A stretch of 64,000 nt of DNA from Flectonema sp. DT1601 (Eukaryota): NCBI GenBank assembly GCA_964019425.1, contig OZ025794.1, positions 1,364,001 to 1,428,000 on the forward strand. Reading direction: 5' to 3'. Under the pieces are notes generated by a model, which saw nothing but the letters and a program-made list of their open reading frames with translations, had not been told where the DNA came from and searched no databases. The position numbers were made by a program, and so were the translations under genes. Shown here piece by piece: positions 22,640 to 33,836 of the stretch; positions within the stretch are counted from its first letter, which is position 1, and every line of letters begins with the position of its first letter.

Positions 22640-23900
22640 AGGTACAATGACAGACAATCAATGAAAAAGATGGCGTCCCTCAAAAGTTGCGGAAAGAGAA
22701 GCTTCTGAGACACCAATCGCCACAGTAAGTACTACAAGAAAGCCCTGGCGATAACCTTTCTAGTCTAAACCCCAATCTGAGTTCCCAAGGCTCAGCTATG
22801 GTCCATAATTGATCACTTGCCATTAAATGGCATGATGATCATGCCATAGAGTGGTGAGGGGACTACTAACTGAAGCATGTACACAAAACCAGTTCGTGGA
22901 TTCCCTCAGGACCATCATTAAACGTGGCCAAAAGTCACTTTTTTTTTTTTCAGTCAGCTTTTTTTTCACTTCCTGAAAAAAAAATTTTTTTAAACAACAA
23001 TGGACAAAACAAGGCAGTTGCATCCAGGCATGTAACCAAATTTTTTGTAAACAGAGAAACACCAGATCCCTCGGCATCCTCGAGAACCTACGGAACTGCG
23101 GTATGAAAGTACATCTTCAATTCATCCCTTCTCACATGGGGATAGAAGCACACGACGAAGTTGATGAACTTGCTAAGAAATCGGCTCACAACAGATACCT
23201 CCCTCAAATCCCAATCCGAGGATCCTTCTTCTATCACAAATCCCGAGTGAGGAGGGGGATCACGAAGGACATTTGGAACAGAATTGGTTACACTTGCTAT
23301 AAAAACACCGTCAAAGGTGCCGCGATAAAATATCCTCCCGACATGAAAAGGAGCGATGAAATCAGAATTGCGAATTTTAGAACGGGGTGTCATCCACTGA
23401 TGCAAAACTGGCGGAAAGCCATCATATGTCCATTCTGCCATAGCGCTCCATCCAACCAACTCCACCTACTCGTAGGCTGTCCATCACAGAAACTCGATGC
23501 AGCCAGATATGAAATCCTTGGCTTTTCTACATCGACAGGCAAATGGGACCGATCAAGTGATCTAATCCTCATCAACGGCATTCCTGCCAGTCTTGGCTCA
23601 ATCTTTGCCACCAGCTGGCTTCCTTCAGTAGCGATGTTGATCAGGTGGATGGAACAAGCATCCAACCTGAGACTTTGGAATTGTGTAGGTGACACGTAGT
23701 CGCCATTTAAGTGTTTTATCAATATTTAGTATTTTCATCATTATCAATCATCTCCTGGTTGGGTAACTGCACATCACCTTCGGTGTTGTCTCAGTGTCCC
23801 TTCCAATACTCCTTTCTCCTTCTTCTCCTATTCTCCTTATAAATTTCTCTTGAGGGCAGGCCTTCGGGCTGTTCAAGTGGTCTTTGACCACCGCTCTAGT
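22640..23900 (+). mobile_element. Decayed, 5'-truncated non-LTR retrotransposon fragment (RNase H C-terminus + CCHC zinc knuckle + 3' UTR); boundaries approximate
   Basis: ORF 23103-23699 has VHLQFIPSHMGIEAHDEVDELAK (RNase H WIPSH.GI.GNE.AD.LAK motif), FRTG and CPFC-x7-H-x4-C. Upstream frames are broken but show KAQLW- and FVDSL-like RNase H remnants. No RT domain. Confidence 0.72.
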
Positions 23901-24183
23901 TATATGCTCGATTCTTTGTTTTTCCTTATCGATGGTAGGAATGGTAACCGAATTAGCTTCATGTGTCCAATTTCAAGGACGCGTGACCATCTATTTTTCC
24001 GTTGCCGCTCTTCTTACGTCCTCAGGCGGAGCCTACCTATGTTTCCCGTGTTTTCCAATTTGTCAGACTTAAACCAAAAGAAAGTATAAAAGAAAGACAA
24101 AACAAAGAAGTGAAAAGAACAAAAACAAAGAGTCTGGAAGCACAGACGAGTGTAACCAAAAAAAAAAAATTTTTTATTTTAGA

Positions 24184-24266
24184 CCTCTCGTAGCTCAATT
24201 GGTAGAGCGCGCGACTGTAGAACCACTGATATCGCGCGGTCGCTGGTTCGATTCCGGCCGAGAGGA
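24184..24266 (+). tRNA. trnY: tRNA-Tyr (anticodon GTA) with a 10-nt intron at 24221-24230
   Basis: Acceptor stem CCTCTCG/CGAGAGG plus discriminator A; D-arm GCTC/GAGC; anticodon stem CGCGA/TCGCG with CT-GTA-G[intron]A; T-arm GCTGG-TTCGATT-CCGGC. The C1:G72 pair is a eukaryotic Tyr identity element. Confidence 0.96.
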
Positions 24267-24278
24267 TTTTTTTTTTTT
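24267..24278 (+). terminator. RNA polymerase III oligo(T) terminator of tRNA-Tyr
   Basis: Run of 12 T immediately after the discriminator base. Confidence 0.8.
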
Positions 24279-24404
24279 GAATTTTTTTTTTCATTAACAA
24301 AAACCCCAAGATGGTAATCTCCAGTGCAAAATCGGTAGCATAGATACAAAATGGGTCCGTTGCGGCTTTTGTATCCCATTCTTTCAGCAGCACGGAATAC
24401 GAAT

Positions 24405-25334
24405 ATGCAGCTCTCGGTGTTATGTGCAGGTTCGGAATTTTTCGATATCGTAATAAGTGCCACCGAAGAGTCTCTTGTTTCGGACATAATAAAGATGGTT
24501 GCGGAAGAGTGGGGTGTTAATGATGAAGTGCATATAGAGCTCTCTTACAACTCGGAAATGCTACCAGCCACAACTCGATTGGTATCGCACGGGGTGGTAG
24601 CTGAGTCACAGTTGACTGCTTGTATGGTTCGGATTTTTGGGAAGAGTTGGTTCAGAGAAGCAGACACCAGAGAGAAACTACTACTTTACGAGCAAAGCGG
24701 AGATAAAGTGCTTCGCTTAGACACACCAACATTCGCAATTGAAAACCGCATTGAATTTGACGCGGAGTTACTCCCTGTGGATATTTTGAATGTCTCTTTC
24801 GTAATACATAAAAGTCCTTCTTCTATTACAGAGGTATCGAAGGATTTCTTTGCAAAGTCTTCTGTGACCTCAATAAACTTATCAAGTTTTAGCACTGTCA
24901 CATCTATTGGTGATGGGTTCTTGTGTGAGTGTGAATCGGTTACTGAGATCAACATTTCAGGATTACGCAATGTGATAAACATAGGAGACGACTTCATAAG
25001 AAGATGTACTGTTTTAGAACAGATTGACTTGTCTTCTCTAATAGAAGTAAAACATTTAGGAAATGGTTTCTTGTGTGAGTGTGAGTTGTTAAGGTCCATC
25101 TCCAATGATGGAGGTTTAAAAAAAGTAGAAACAATCGGCTCTGATTATCTTAGAGCATGTAAGTCTTTAGAGTCTGTCGATATTTCTTGTTTTGAAATTG
25201 TAACAGAGATTGGACATCATTGCATGTATCAGTGTGAGGATTTGAAGTTTCTTACAAAAGAAAATGGGTTTAAGGAACTGAAGAAGGTAGGATCTCATTT
25301 ATTGATGGGATGCCAGCCATTAGTTATAACGTAG
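24405..25334 (+). CDS. Ubiquitin-like N-terminal domain + BspA-like LRR protein (short paralogue, ~6 repeats)
   Basis: MQLSV start shared with the paralogue at 56291; UBL-like IELSYNSEML...L..HGV..ESQL; ~25-aa repeats C.SL..IDLS.L..V..IG..FL; ctttcag acceptor at 24381-24387. Confidence 0.8.
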   Translation: MQLSVLCAGSEFFDIVISATEESLVSDIIKMVAEEWGVNDEVHIELSYNSEMLPATTRLVSHGVVAESQLTACMVRIFGKSWFREADTREKLLLYEQSGDKVLRLDTPTFAIENRIEFDAELLPVDILNVSFVIHKSPSSITEVSKDFFAKSSVTSINLSSFSTVTSIGDGFLCECESVTEINISGLRNVINIGDDFIRRCTVLEQIDLSSLIEVKHLGNGFLCECELLRSISNDGGLKKVETIGSDYLRACKSLESVDISCFEIVTEIGHHCMYQCEDLKFLTKENGFKELKKVGSHLLMGCQPLVIT

Positions 25335-25415
25335 ATGAGTATAATGAAATGTTGTTGTTTTGTGTGTTACTATTATATTTACTGTTTTATTTCTTCAGAT
25401 CCCAAGTAAATTAAA

Positions 25416-28040
25416 ATGCTCGCATTCTCAAAAGTTGCTAGACGCTGGAGAAACTGGAGTGCGTTTGTTGAGTCCTACAAAGCGCACGTTGATGAGAGAT
25501 CTGAAATTGGGCTTCCACCACTTCCATTGAATGCCACTCAGGTAAAGGAGTTGGTTGAAGTAATGAACGAACCATCAAACACTGAAGGAGTTACTGAAAT
25601 CCAGAGCCTCATCAGAGAAAGAGTACCAGCAGGTGTCGATGATGCTGCAAGACACAAGGCATCATACCTCACTGAGGTCGCAAATGGCAGCGACAACAAG
25701 TATTTCACCAGGGAGGAAGCAACTGAGATCTTGGGTCAGATGCAGGGAGGATACAACGTCGATCCTCTTATCAAGTTGTTGGACGATGAGAAGCTTGGAC
25801 CTGTTGCCGCTGAAGCATTGAAGCACACCATTCTGGTTTTCGACGCCTTCCACGACATTACTGAGAAAGCAAAGACCAACGAACTCGCTAAGTCAGTCCT
25901 TCAGTCATGGGCTGACGCTGAGTGGTTCACAGCCCGTCCAGATGTTAAGGATGGTAAGTACACCGTATTCAAGGTTTCTGGTGAGACCAACACTGATGAC
26001 TTGTCCCCTGCTCCTGATGCATGGTCCAGACCTGACATCCCACTTCATGCTAAATCTATGTTAAAGATTGGCAGAGCAGGAATTAACCCGGAAACCGAAG
26101 GAGAGATTGGACCACTTAGCCAAATTGAGGGACTGAAGGAAAAGGGACACCCACTTGTGTACGTTGGTGACGTTGTTGGAACCGGTTCATCCCGTAAGTC
26201 TGCTACTAACTCGGTCTTGTGGTACATCGGAGATGACATTCCAAACATTCCTAACAAGAGAACTGGAGGTGTCTGTTTAGGAGGAAAGATCGCACCTATC
26301 TTCTTCAACACTATGGAAGACAGTGGTGCTCTTCCAATTGAAGTAGACGTCTCTGCTTTAGAAATGGGTGAAGTGATTACTATCTCTGCAAAGTCTGGAT
26401 TCATTCAGCGTGAGAACGGAGACAAGGTTGAATTCGAACTCAAGACCCCAGTCATTCTGGATGAAGTTCGTGCTGGAGGACGTATTCCTCTCATCATCGG
26501 AAGAGGACTTACCAACAGAGCCAGAGAGGCACTCGGATTAGGACAGTCGGATGTTTTCACCATGCCATCATCCCCACCTAGCAGCAACTCTGGATACACT
26601 CTCGCTCAGAAGATGGTCGGAAAGGCGTGTGGTGTTGATGGAATCAGACCTGGAACATACTGTGAACCTAGCATGACCACTGTTGGATCACAGGACACTA
26701 CTGGACCAATGACCAGAGATGAGTTGAAGGATCTTGCTTGTCTTGGATTCTCATCCGATCTTGTTATGCAGTCATTCTGTCACACTTCTGCCTACCCAAA
26801 GCCAGTTGACTTGGAGACCCAGAAAACTCTTCCTGACTTCATCAAGACCAGAGGTGGAGTATCCCTCCGTCGTGGAGATGGAATTATTCACTCATGGTTG
26901 AACAGAATGCTTCTTCCAGACACTGTTGGAACTGGTGCTGACTCCCACACTAGATTCCCAATTGGTATTTCATTCCCAGCTGGATCTGGTTTGGTTGCCT
27001 TCGGTGCGGCAACTGGTGTAATCCCGCTCGACATGCCTGAGTCCATCCTCGTCAGATTCACAGGTGAGATGCAGCCAGGTATTACTCTTCGTGATTTGGT
27101 TCACTCTATCCCACTGGAAGCTATTAAGTCTGGAGACCTTACTGTCCCAAAGAAGAACAAGGTCAACATCTTCAGTGGAAAGGTTTTGGAAATTGAAGGT
27201 CTTGAGAAGTTGAAGTGTGAGCAGGCCTTCGAGCTGTCAGATGCCTCTGCTGAGAGATCTGCTGCAGGATGCACTATTAAGTTAGACCAGGAACCAATCA
27301 TTGAATACTTGAAGTCAAACATTGTTATGCTTCGCTGGATGGTTTCAGAAGGTTTTGGAGACCCTAGAACTCTTCTTCGTCGTGCTGACAAGATGCAGGA
27401 ATGGCTCGACAGCCCAACTCTGATGCAGGCTGATAAGGACGCTGAGTACGAGAAGGTATTCGAGATCAACATGTCTGAGATCACTGAACCAATCCTCTGC
27501 TGCCCTAATGACCCAGATGATGCTGCGATCTTATCTGACTGTGCTGGAACAAAGGTTGATGAAGTATTCATTGGAAGTTGTATGACAAACATTGGTCACT
27601 TCCGTGCCGCAGGTAACCTTCTTGAATCCCACGAAGGTGATTTGAACACCCGCTTGTGGATTGCCCCACCAACTCTGATGGACGAAGCTCAGCTCAAGGA
27701 GGAAGGATTCTACAAGATCTTTGACAAGGTAAAGGCACGCACTGAGATGCCAGGATGCTCATTGTGCATGGGTAACCAGGCCAGAGTAAACGACAAGGCA
27801 ACTGTGTTGTCCACCTCTACTAGAAACTTCCCTAACAGACTTGGAACCGGCGCAAACGTGTACCTTGCAAGTGCTGAGTTGTGCGCTGTTGCTGCCATTC
27901 TCGGAAAGATTCCAACCAAGGAAGAATACATGCAGTACAGCCAACAGATCGACTCCTCGAAGAACCAAATCTACCGTTACCTCAACTTCAATGAGATGAA
28001 CTCTTTCACTGAGGCCGCTGTTAAGGCCACCCAGGCATAG
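25416..28040 (+). CDS. acnB: Aconitate hydratase B (bacterial-type AcnB) with a putative mitochondrial presequence
   Basis: HEAT-like N-domain (YKAHV.ER..., RVPAGVDDAA, MQGGYNV), FKVSGETNTDDLSPAPDAWSRPDIPLHA, GSQDTTGPMTRDELKDLAC, and Fe-S cysteines in IGSCMTN and PGCSLCMGNQA. Intronless. Confidence 0.96.
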   Translation: MLAFSKVARRWRNWSAFVESYKAHVDERSEIGLPPLPLNATQVKELVEVMNEPSNTEGVTEIQSLIRERVPAGVDDAARHKASYLTEVANGSDNKYFTREEATEILGQMQGGYNVDPLIKLLDDEKLGPVAAEALKHTILVFDAFHDITEKAKTNELAKSVLQSWADAEWFTARPDVKDGKYTVFKVSGETNTDDLSPAPDAWSRPDIPLHAKSMLKIGRAGINPETEGEIGPLSQIEGLKEKGHPLVYVGDVVGTGSSRKSATNSVLWYIGDDIPNIPNKRTGGVCLGGKIAPIFFNTMEDSGALPIEVDVSALEMGEVITISAKSGFIQRENGDKVEFELKTPVILDEVRAGGRIPLIIGRGLTNRAREALGLGQSDVFTMPSSPPSSNSGYTLAQKMVGKACGVDGIRPGTYCEPSMTTVGSQDTTGPMTRDELKDLACLGFSSDLVMQSFCHTSAYPKPVDLETQKTLPDFIKTRGGVSLRRGDGIIHSWLNRMLLPDTVGTGADSHTRFPIGISFPAGSGLVAFGAATGVIPLDMPESILVRFTGEMQPGITLRDLVHSIPLEAIKSGDLTVPKKNKVNIFSGKVLEIEGLEKLKCEQAFELSDASAERSAAGCTIKLDQEPIIEYLKSNIVMLRWMVSEGFGDPRTLLRRADKMQEWLDSPTLMQADKDAEYEKVFEINMSEITEPILCCPNDPDDAAILSDCAGTKVDEVFIGSCMTNIGHFRAAGNLLESHEGDLNTRLWIAPPTLMDEAQLKEEGFYKIFDKVKARTEMPGCSLCMGNQARVNDKATVLSTSTRNFPNRLGTGANVYLASAELCAVAAILGKIPTKEEYMQYSQQIDSSKNQIYRYLNFNEMNSFTEAAVKATQA

Positions 28041-29888
28041 GTATCGTGAGCTTTGCAATCTGGTCTCCTTTTCCATTGGGTAGCCCCAGGCCTGGTTGGT
28101 ATGACTTTGGAAAAAAGAAAAAAGAAAACGATAACAAATAAATAGTGAAATTATTTTGCATCAGCAAAACCATAGCATCAAAAAAGAGTGGGCAAATCCC
28201 TTCCGATAAAAGAAAAATATATCCCCTTTCCCCAGGTCCCATATTTTCCAATATTTTTAAAAAAAGGATATTGTGTATTGCGTGTGCATTGACTGACGCT
28301 GGCACACGAAATCTTGCCTACAAACCACCAGGTTCATTTTTTTTTTTTTTTTTTCTTTCTCGCCACAAGGTACAAGATAAGGATAAAGATTGCCCGTGTT
28401 CTCCCCCCTCCTTTTTCTTTTCTTCTTTTAGCTATGCTACCTCCCCAGACCCATTTAACTTCTTGCAAGCGCGGGTTTTCCCATTCCCTTTTCCCAATTT
28501 CTTCGTTTTTTTCCCTCCCTTTTGTTGTGTTTATTGAAACATTCATCATGTCACATTCACATCACGCACTGCAGTAGTTAATAAAAGAACACTAAGGAAG
28601 GCGTGGTTGTGTAGTGATATAAGTAAAAAAGACATGATAGGAATGAAAACGTATTTAACGTCTTCTTTTTTCCGAAGAAATACGGGAAGCACAAAATCAA
28701 AGAAAGGGAGAAAAAAAAAAAAAAAAAAAGGGGGAAAATGAAGAAACAAATAAAACATTGAATTGCTGTCTTGGCTAAGTCCCAAGTCCTTACGATCACA
28801 AAACATAGAAAGAACTAACAGTTGAAGGAACAAAAAAAAAAAAAAAAAAAAAAAGAATATATCGCGTGTGCTTGAAGGTTGTAATTCTTCTTTCTAGGGA
28901 GACCCAACCACCGTTGGGACTTCTCAGTGTGCAAAATGCGATCCGACTTCCTGCTGACAGAAAGACTATTTCGCCTCAGGAAAGGAAAGCATAACATGTA
29001 TCATCACTACTACGAGTGTGATCGGGGTTTGAAAAAAGAAAATTGAACAGAAAAAAAAAAAGAAAAGAAAAAAAGTGATTTCTTCGCCTCTCATAGTTTT
29101 CTTCCCATTTTGCTTCCCTCCTTCAGCATTCTTCTCTCTGTTTTCTTCAGGCCATTATCCATGCACCCGAAGGTGGGCGTGCAGCCTGTGTCGGCTTTTT
29201 GTGGCCAACGTTTTTCGTTATAAAGTGCTTCTAGTATTCCTTTCCTTCATTGTACCAAAAAAAAAAAAAAAAAGAAAACAAAAAATGAGATAAACAACGC
29301 AACTAAGACAACAGAAAGAAGAGAAATAGTGAAAAGGATAACTCTAGTTCAAACAAGACAGAGATACATCATTCGCATATTTTCCTTTTTTCTTTCCTTC
29401 TTTTTATATATAAACTAATTGTCTCTATTCTTCTTATATTTTGATGTTGTTGTTTTTTTCTTCTTTTTTTTTCTTCGTCTTTTATATTTCATCAAACATG
29501 ATTTTTTTTTCTTTTTTTTTTTTTTTTTTCTTCTCGTTTACTCCGTCCCGTCTTAACCAACCAGGTTCTTTTTAGCCCAAAATTGGAATTGTAGGGGAAA
29601 AAAAAAAAAAAAAAAAAGCAAAAACAAAACAAAACAGAACAAAAAAAAAAAAAAAGAAAAAAGAGGGAAAGAAAATACCCCAAATTTTATGGTTTTTATT
29701 TTTACCAAAAAAAAGGTTCATTATTGAGCAAAACAATAATATTATTGTTGTCTTATAATTATGGTATTGTATTTCAGGAAAAATAAAATTGACATCATGA
29801 GTTGAGCCCACATGAGTAATACATCGTTTAGTTAATATGTTCTGTTATTTTATTTGTATTCTACCGACAGTTCTGTTTTCATATAATT

Positions 29889-31656
29889 ATGTATGGAGAG
29901 TTCTCTCGTGGGATTAGTAGATTAGCAAATCGCTTTGAGTTGTTTACTAAATGTCCACTCCACGCGATCACCCCTCAGGGTCAGTACTTTTCGATAATGT
30001 GGACTGTGGACTCTACAATAATTATGGCAATGGTTGTCTTGTTATGGTATCTATTCAAGGTTGGGTATGTAAAGGTTAACAGAATTCCAGGTGTTCACAA
30101 AACATCGTCGATTCTAAGCCCACTTCTACTATTAGGATTCTTAGTACTTGTTGCTGACAGTCATGGGTTATTATACAGTAATGATACGTCTACAATCACA
30201 ACTCACGAATCACTATCAAACTTGTACACCATAAATATTAACGATGTTGCAATACGGAATGCACATTTAAAAGTGAAGTTTGGATTATCACGTTCTCCGA
30301 TAACTATGTTTGAGTATCTTGCGTTTCCTTTATTTGTTATGAGTATTGTTCTTTATAGATGTTCGAAATTAGAGAAACCTCAAAAATTCTATCCTTTTAA
30401 TGCCATGATGACAACGTGTTTATTGATGTTATCACCGATTAGTGGAATCGTAGGTGAAATCGTCAGATGGCTTTCAATCGTTTCTTTGATTAAATTTTGT
30501 TATTGGTCGACAGCAAACAACACCACGAATCGGGTGTGGTATGGACCCAGACAAAACCCACCTACCAACACAAGTATAAACCCCTGGACGGGTGAAGCTT
30601 CTGGCCTTAATAATAGAATAAGTGAGTGGTACTCATCTGCTTTCTTAATGACTTTTATTATAATAAATCTCACTCAACTTATTGGTAGTGATCATGCTTT
30701 CTCTCAACAGCAGCAGCAGCAACAGTCTCTGTATTCTGTCCCTGTTGGTATCGCAAATCAATTTGGCAGAGACTACTCTCTTCAATCAGTAGTAGAAACG
30801 TCTTATTGCAACACCGTATGGTTGATTGTGTATATGTGTTGTCTTTTCAAGTTTTCATTCTGGACAATAAAGTACGGCGTTCACATATGCGCCAACAGAT
30901 TGATATCTGAGTGTCCTCAAGATAAAGCAAATACTGAAGCGGTGGTGGTGATTCCTAACCCGCACACCGGGGAGCGAGTAGGATTGCGATTTGTTAGGCC
31001 GTTGTTCCGAAAAAAATCAAGCGGTGATCAAATTTGCATGCTAAGTTCAAAACCCGGTGGGGGAAGAATTTCACATTGTCGGGAACGCATCGTAACTCAC
31101 ATTGAAGGAGCAGCGGTAGATGAACCACAGCAGGCGGCTACTTTTGTTAAAACTTTGATTTCTAAACATTATGATGACGAAGACAGCAACGACAGCTCTG
31201 ACGAGTCAGATTCCGGCTCAGCATCAGCACCACCGAAACCTGAGCTTCAGCTAAAGTTCACTCTTGCGGAGGTATCGTATTTAACTCTTTACTTTCTTTC
31301 TTTTTTTTTTTTTGTATTTTTTCAATTGTCAAAAGGTGTTGGATTCAATGACGAAGTTCTCCCCTCTTTTCCTTTCGGAGCTGCCCCCCCCTCAAAAAAT
31401 AAAAGAAATACAAAATGACGAAGATGTAAATCAGATGCAATATAATAATATGGCGACGAATCAAAGCGAAAGAAGAAGTTCTGTACGGGTACTGAATACA
31501 CACTTTAATAGGAAGTGTCTCAATGTATCTACTTATCCTATTAATAAAACAATCAGTTCTGTACGGGTACTGAATACACACTTTAATAGGAAGTGTCTCA
31601 ATGTATCTACTTATCCTATTAATAAAACAATCTTGAGATATATCTTACTTTTCTAA
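29889..31656 (+). CDS. Hypothetical multi-pass membrane protein; probable exons 29889-31271, 31336-31656 (unspliced ORF ends at 31418)
   Basis: Several hydrophobic segments, NPWTGE/NPHTGE internal motifs and an acidic patch. A GTATCG donor at 31272 and an AAG acceptor at 31335 join in frame to ORF 31312-31656. Confidence 0.6.
31477..31632. repeat. Perfect tandem duplication, 2 x 78 bp
   Basis: agttctgtacggg...aataaaacaatc occurs identically at 31477-31554 and 31555-31632. Confidence 0.95.
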
Positions 31657-31714
31657 AGGAACGTACAACATAAAAGTATCACTGCGAAGGGGGAAACAAA
31701 TGTACTGAAGAGAT

Positions 31715-32910
31715 ATGGCAGCCCAGTATGTGGCTCCCGGAATGCAGCAGATGGCATTACCAGGTCAGGTACAACCAACTGATTTTATGGCCCAGCGAGT
31801 TGCAGAGTTGACACACGAGAAAGCAGCTATGACTCAAGAACTTGCTCTTACAAAGAAACAACTACACGACGCCTCAGAGAACATTGTTGTATTAGAAGAG
31901 GGACAGGTTTTCTTATTACAAAAACATAAACAAATTGTAAGCGACTACCACACAAAGCTTCGTAAAGCAGAGGAGGAATCAAAGCAAGCAATTGAAAAGG
32001 CGCAAAATGAAGCAAAACTGGCCATCGAGCAGGTATCTCAGCTACAGCAAATGCAGCAACCTGCTCCACTGATGGATCCAGCTAAAGTAGAAGTGGCTCA
32101 GCTTCTTGGAGTTATTGAAGATTTACAGAGAGCCATAGATGAAAAGAATGAGCTAATCGACCTGCTGTCACTTCAACTAACTGATCTTCAACGTCAATCT
32201 GAACACGGAAAGCAGCGGATAACAGAAACCGAGGCAGCATTAGCGTCTGCGAGGTTTGAGGTATCAGAGCTGGTGCGTCGTCTTCAATCGCATGGGGAGA
32301 ATTCAGCTGCCGCACCGACACCTGTTCAGACTCTTCAGAATCAAAGTGTTGATTTGGAGTCTCTTACAGCACTTCTTGATCGCCGTGATTCTCAGCGTGC
32401 AGCTCAACTTCGAGTTCTTACCGATGATGTGTCTCACTTGAGAGCTCAATTAGTATGTCTTTAATTATATTATAGAAATGTTGTGTTGAGTTTATTTTAT
32501 ACAAAGCGTAACAACAACAATAACAGACGATGTCAACTATGGCACCACCACCACCGCCTGTTGGAGTAACACAACTGCAATCAATAAGTTCATTGGGTGT
32601 TGCTCCTATTCCACTCCCAGTTGGAAGTAGTACATTATTGCCGTCAACGTCTGTAGGTATATCAATGCCTTCTGTTGGTATCGCAACAACACCATTGCGA
32701 TCTCAACCTCATGTTGCAGTAGCAGCAACCATACCGATGACAACGACTGCTGCAGCAAATATTGTGCAGCCCCGAGTGACGTCTCCCAGAAGAACTCCAA
32801 GTCCTCTGTCTCGTGTTGCGCATTTAACTTCCAGCGACCTTCCTCTTCGAACTGGTATGACGCTGCCGCCCAGGGCTCGAGCGATATTTTCACCACCGAA
32901 ACCTCCGTAG
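31715..32910 (+). CDS. Hypothetical coiled-coil protein with a Pro/Ser/Thr-rich C-terminus; exons 31715-32452, 32527-32910
   Basis: Heptad-rich ORF; intron GTATGT...AACAG (32453-32526) joins the two ORFs in phase 0. Confidence 0.78.
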
Positions 32911-33386
32911 TTTAGGCTTCAGAGAAAAGTAGAAGGAAAGCAATAATTCCTAAAAAGTGATCATTTAGATTTCATAATGCAGTAAGGCACATCGGAGTGT
33001 TTTCTTTATTAGTTAGTTCAATAGATGTGTCGCGTTCATGGCTACACAAGTATCCCCTCTACGTGAAGTAGTACAGGGAGAAGTGTGTTCTTAAATTGTT
33101 GTAAATCAGGTTTTGTATTTTCGTAGATAGATATTATTTTTTTTATTGAATATTTTATTCTTATTTTCTTTTTTTTTTTTTTTTTTGAGTTTTTTTCAAA
33201 TTCTTATATCTATTTGTTCATCCAGGTTACTAGTGTGGGTCTAAGAGATTATGTTTGATTTGTTGTTGTAAGCACACTTTTTTATATTCCTTTTAACAGG
33301 TTTTACCCTCCCTCTTCACTTATCAGCTTACTTTGTTATTGTTTTTTTCAACACCTGTTTATCTTTTTTTGACATAAATTATTTAA

Positions 33387-33422
<36 letters not shown>

Positions 33423-33836
33423 AAAAAATACAGCACCTCCCGGTATACGAACAGCTAGGTAGGAATCGATCAATATTTGGATGGTTTTTTCCAAAAGACG
33501 GAAAACATTATTACGATACCGGAAGGACGTTTTCTAATATTTGGGAAGCGACATTCAACTGAAAGATGACAGTCACGATTCCGATTATAACCTTCTTGAA
33601 GACTATCTGAAGCCCTTTTGAATAGTACCTTCATACTTTGTGTAGAGAGACCCAGCTGTCTGTGTTTTAATAACTTTTCGAATATTTTTATTGCCTTGCG
33701 GAATACCAGTATCAGTGATTACTGTCGTTTGGTTAGTTATTCTTTTAAACAGAAGATGTAGTTGGTTGGTAATCTGGAGAATATTATTCAAAAACATTGT
33801 TGATTACTCTTTCCTCAGAGGGCTGCAAACTTCAAA

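Noticed and set aside
24037..24487. Minus-strand ORFs containing SAGIEPAT
   Set aside because: Typical translation of the antisense strand of a tRNA gene.
31477..31632. CRISPR-like array
   Set aside because: Two contiguous identical units with no spacers and no cas genes; the 48.9-kb hairpin triplet likewise lacks constant-length repeats and spacers.
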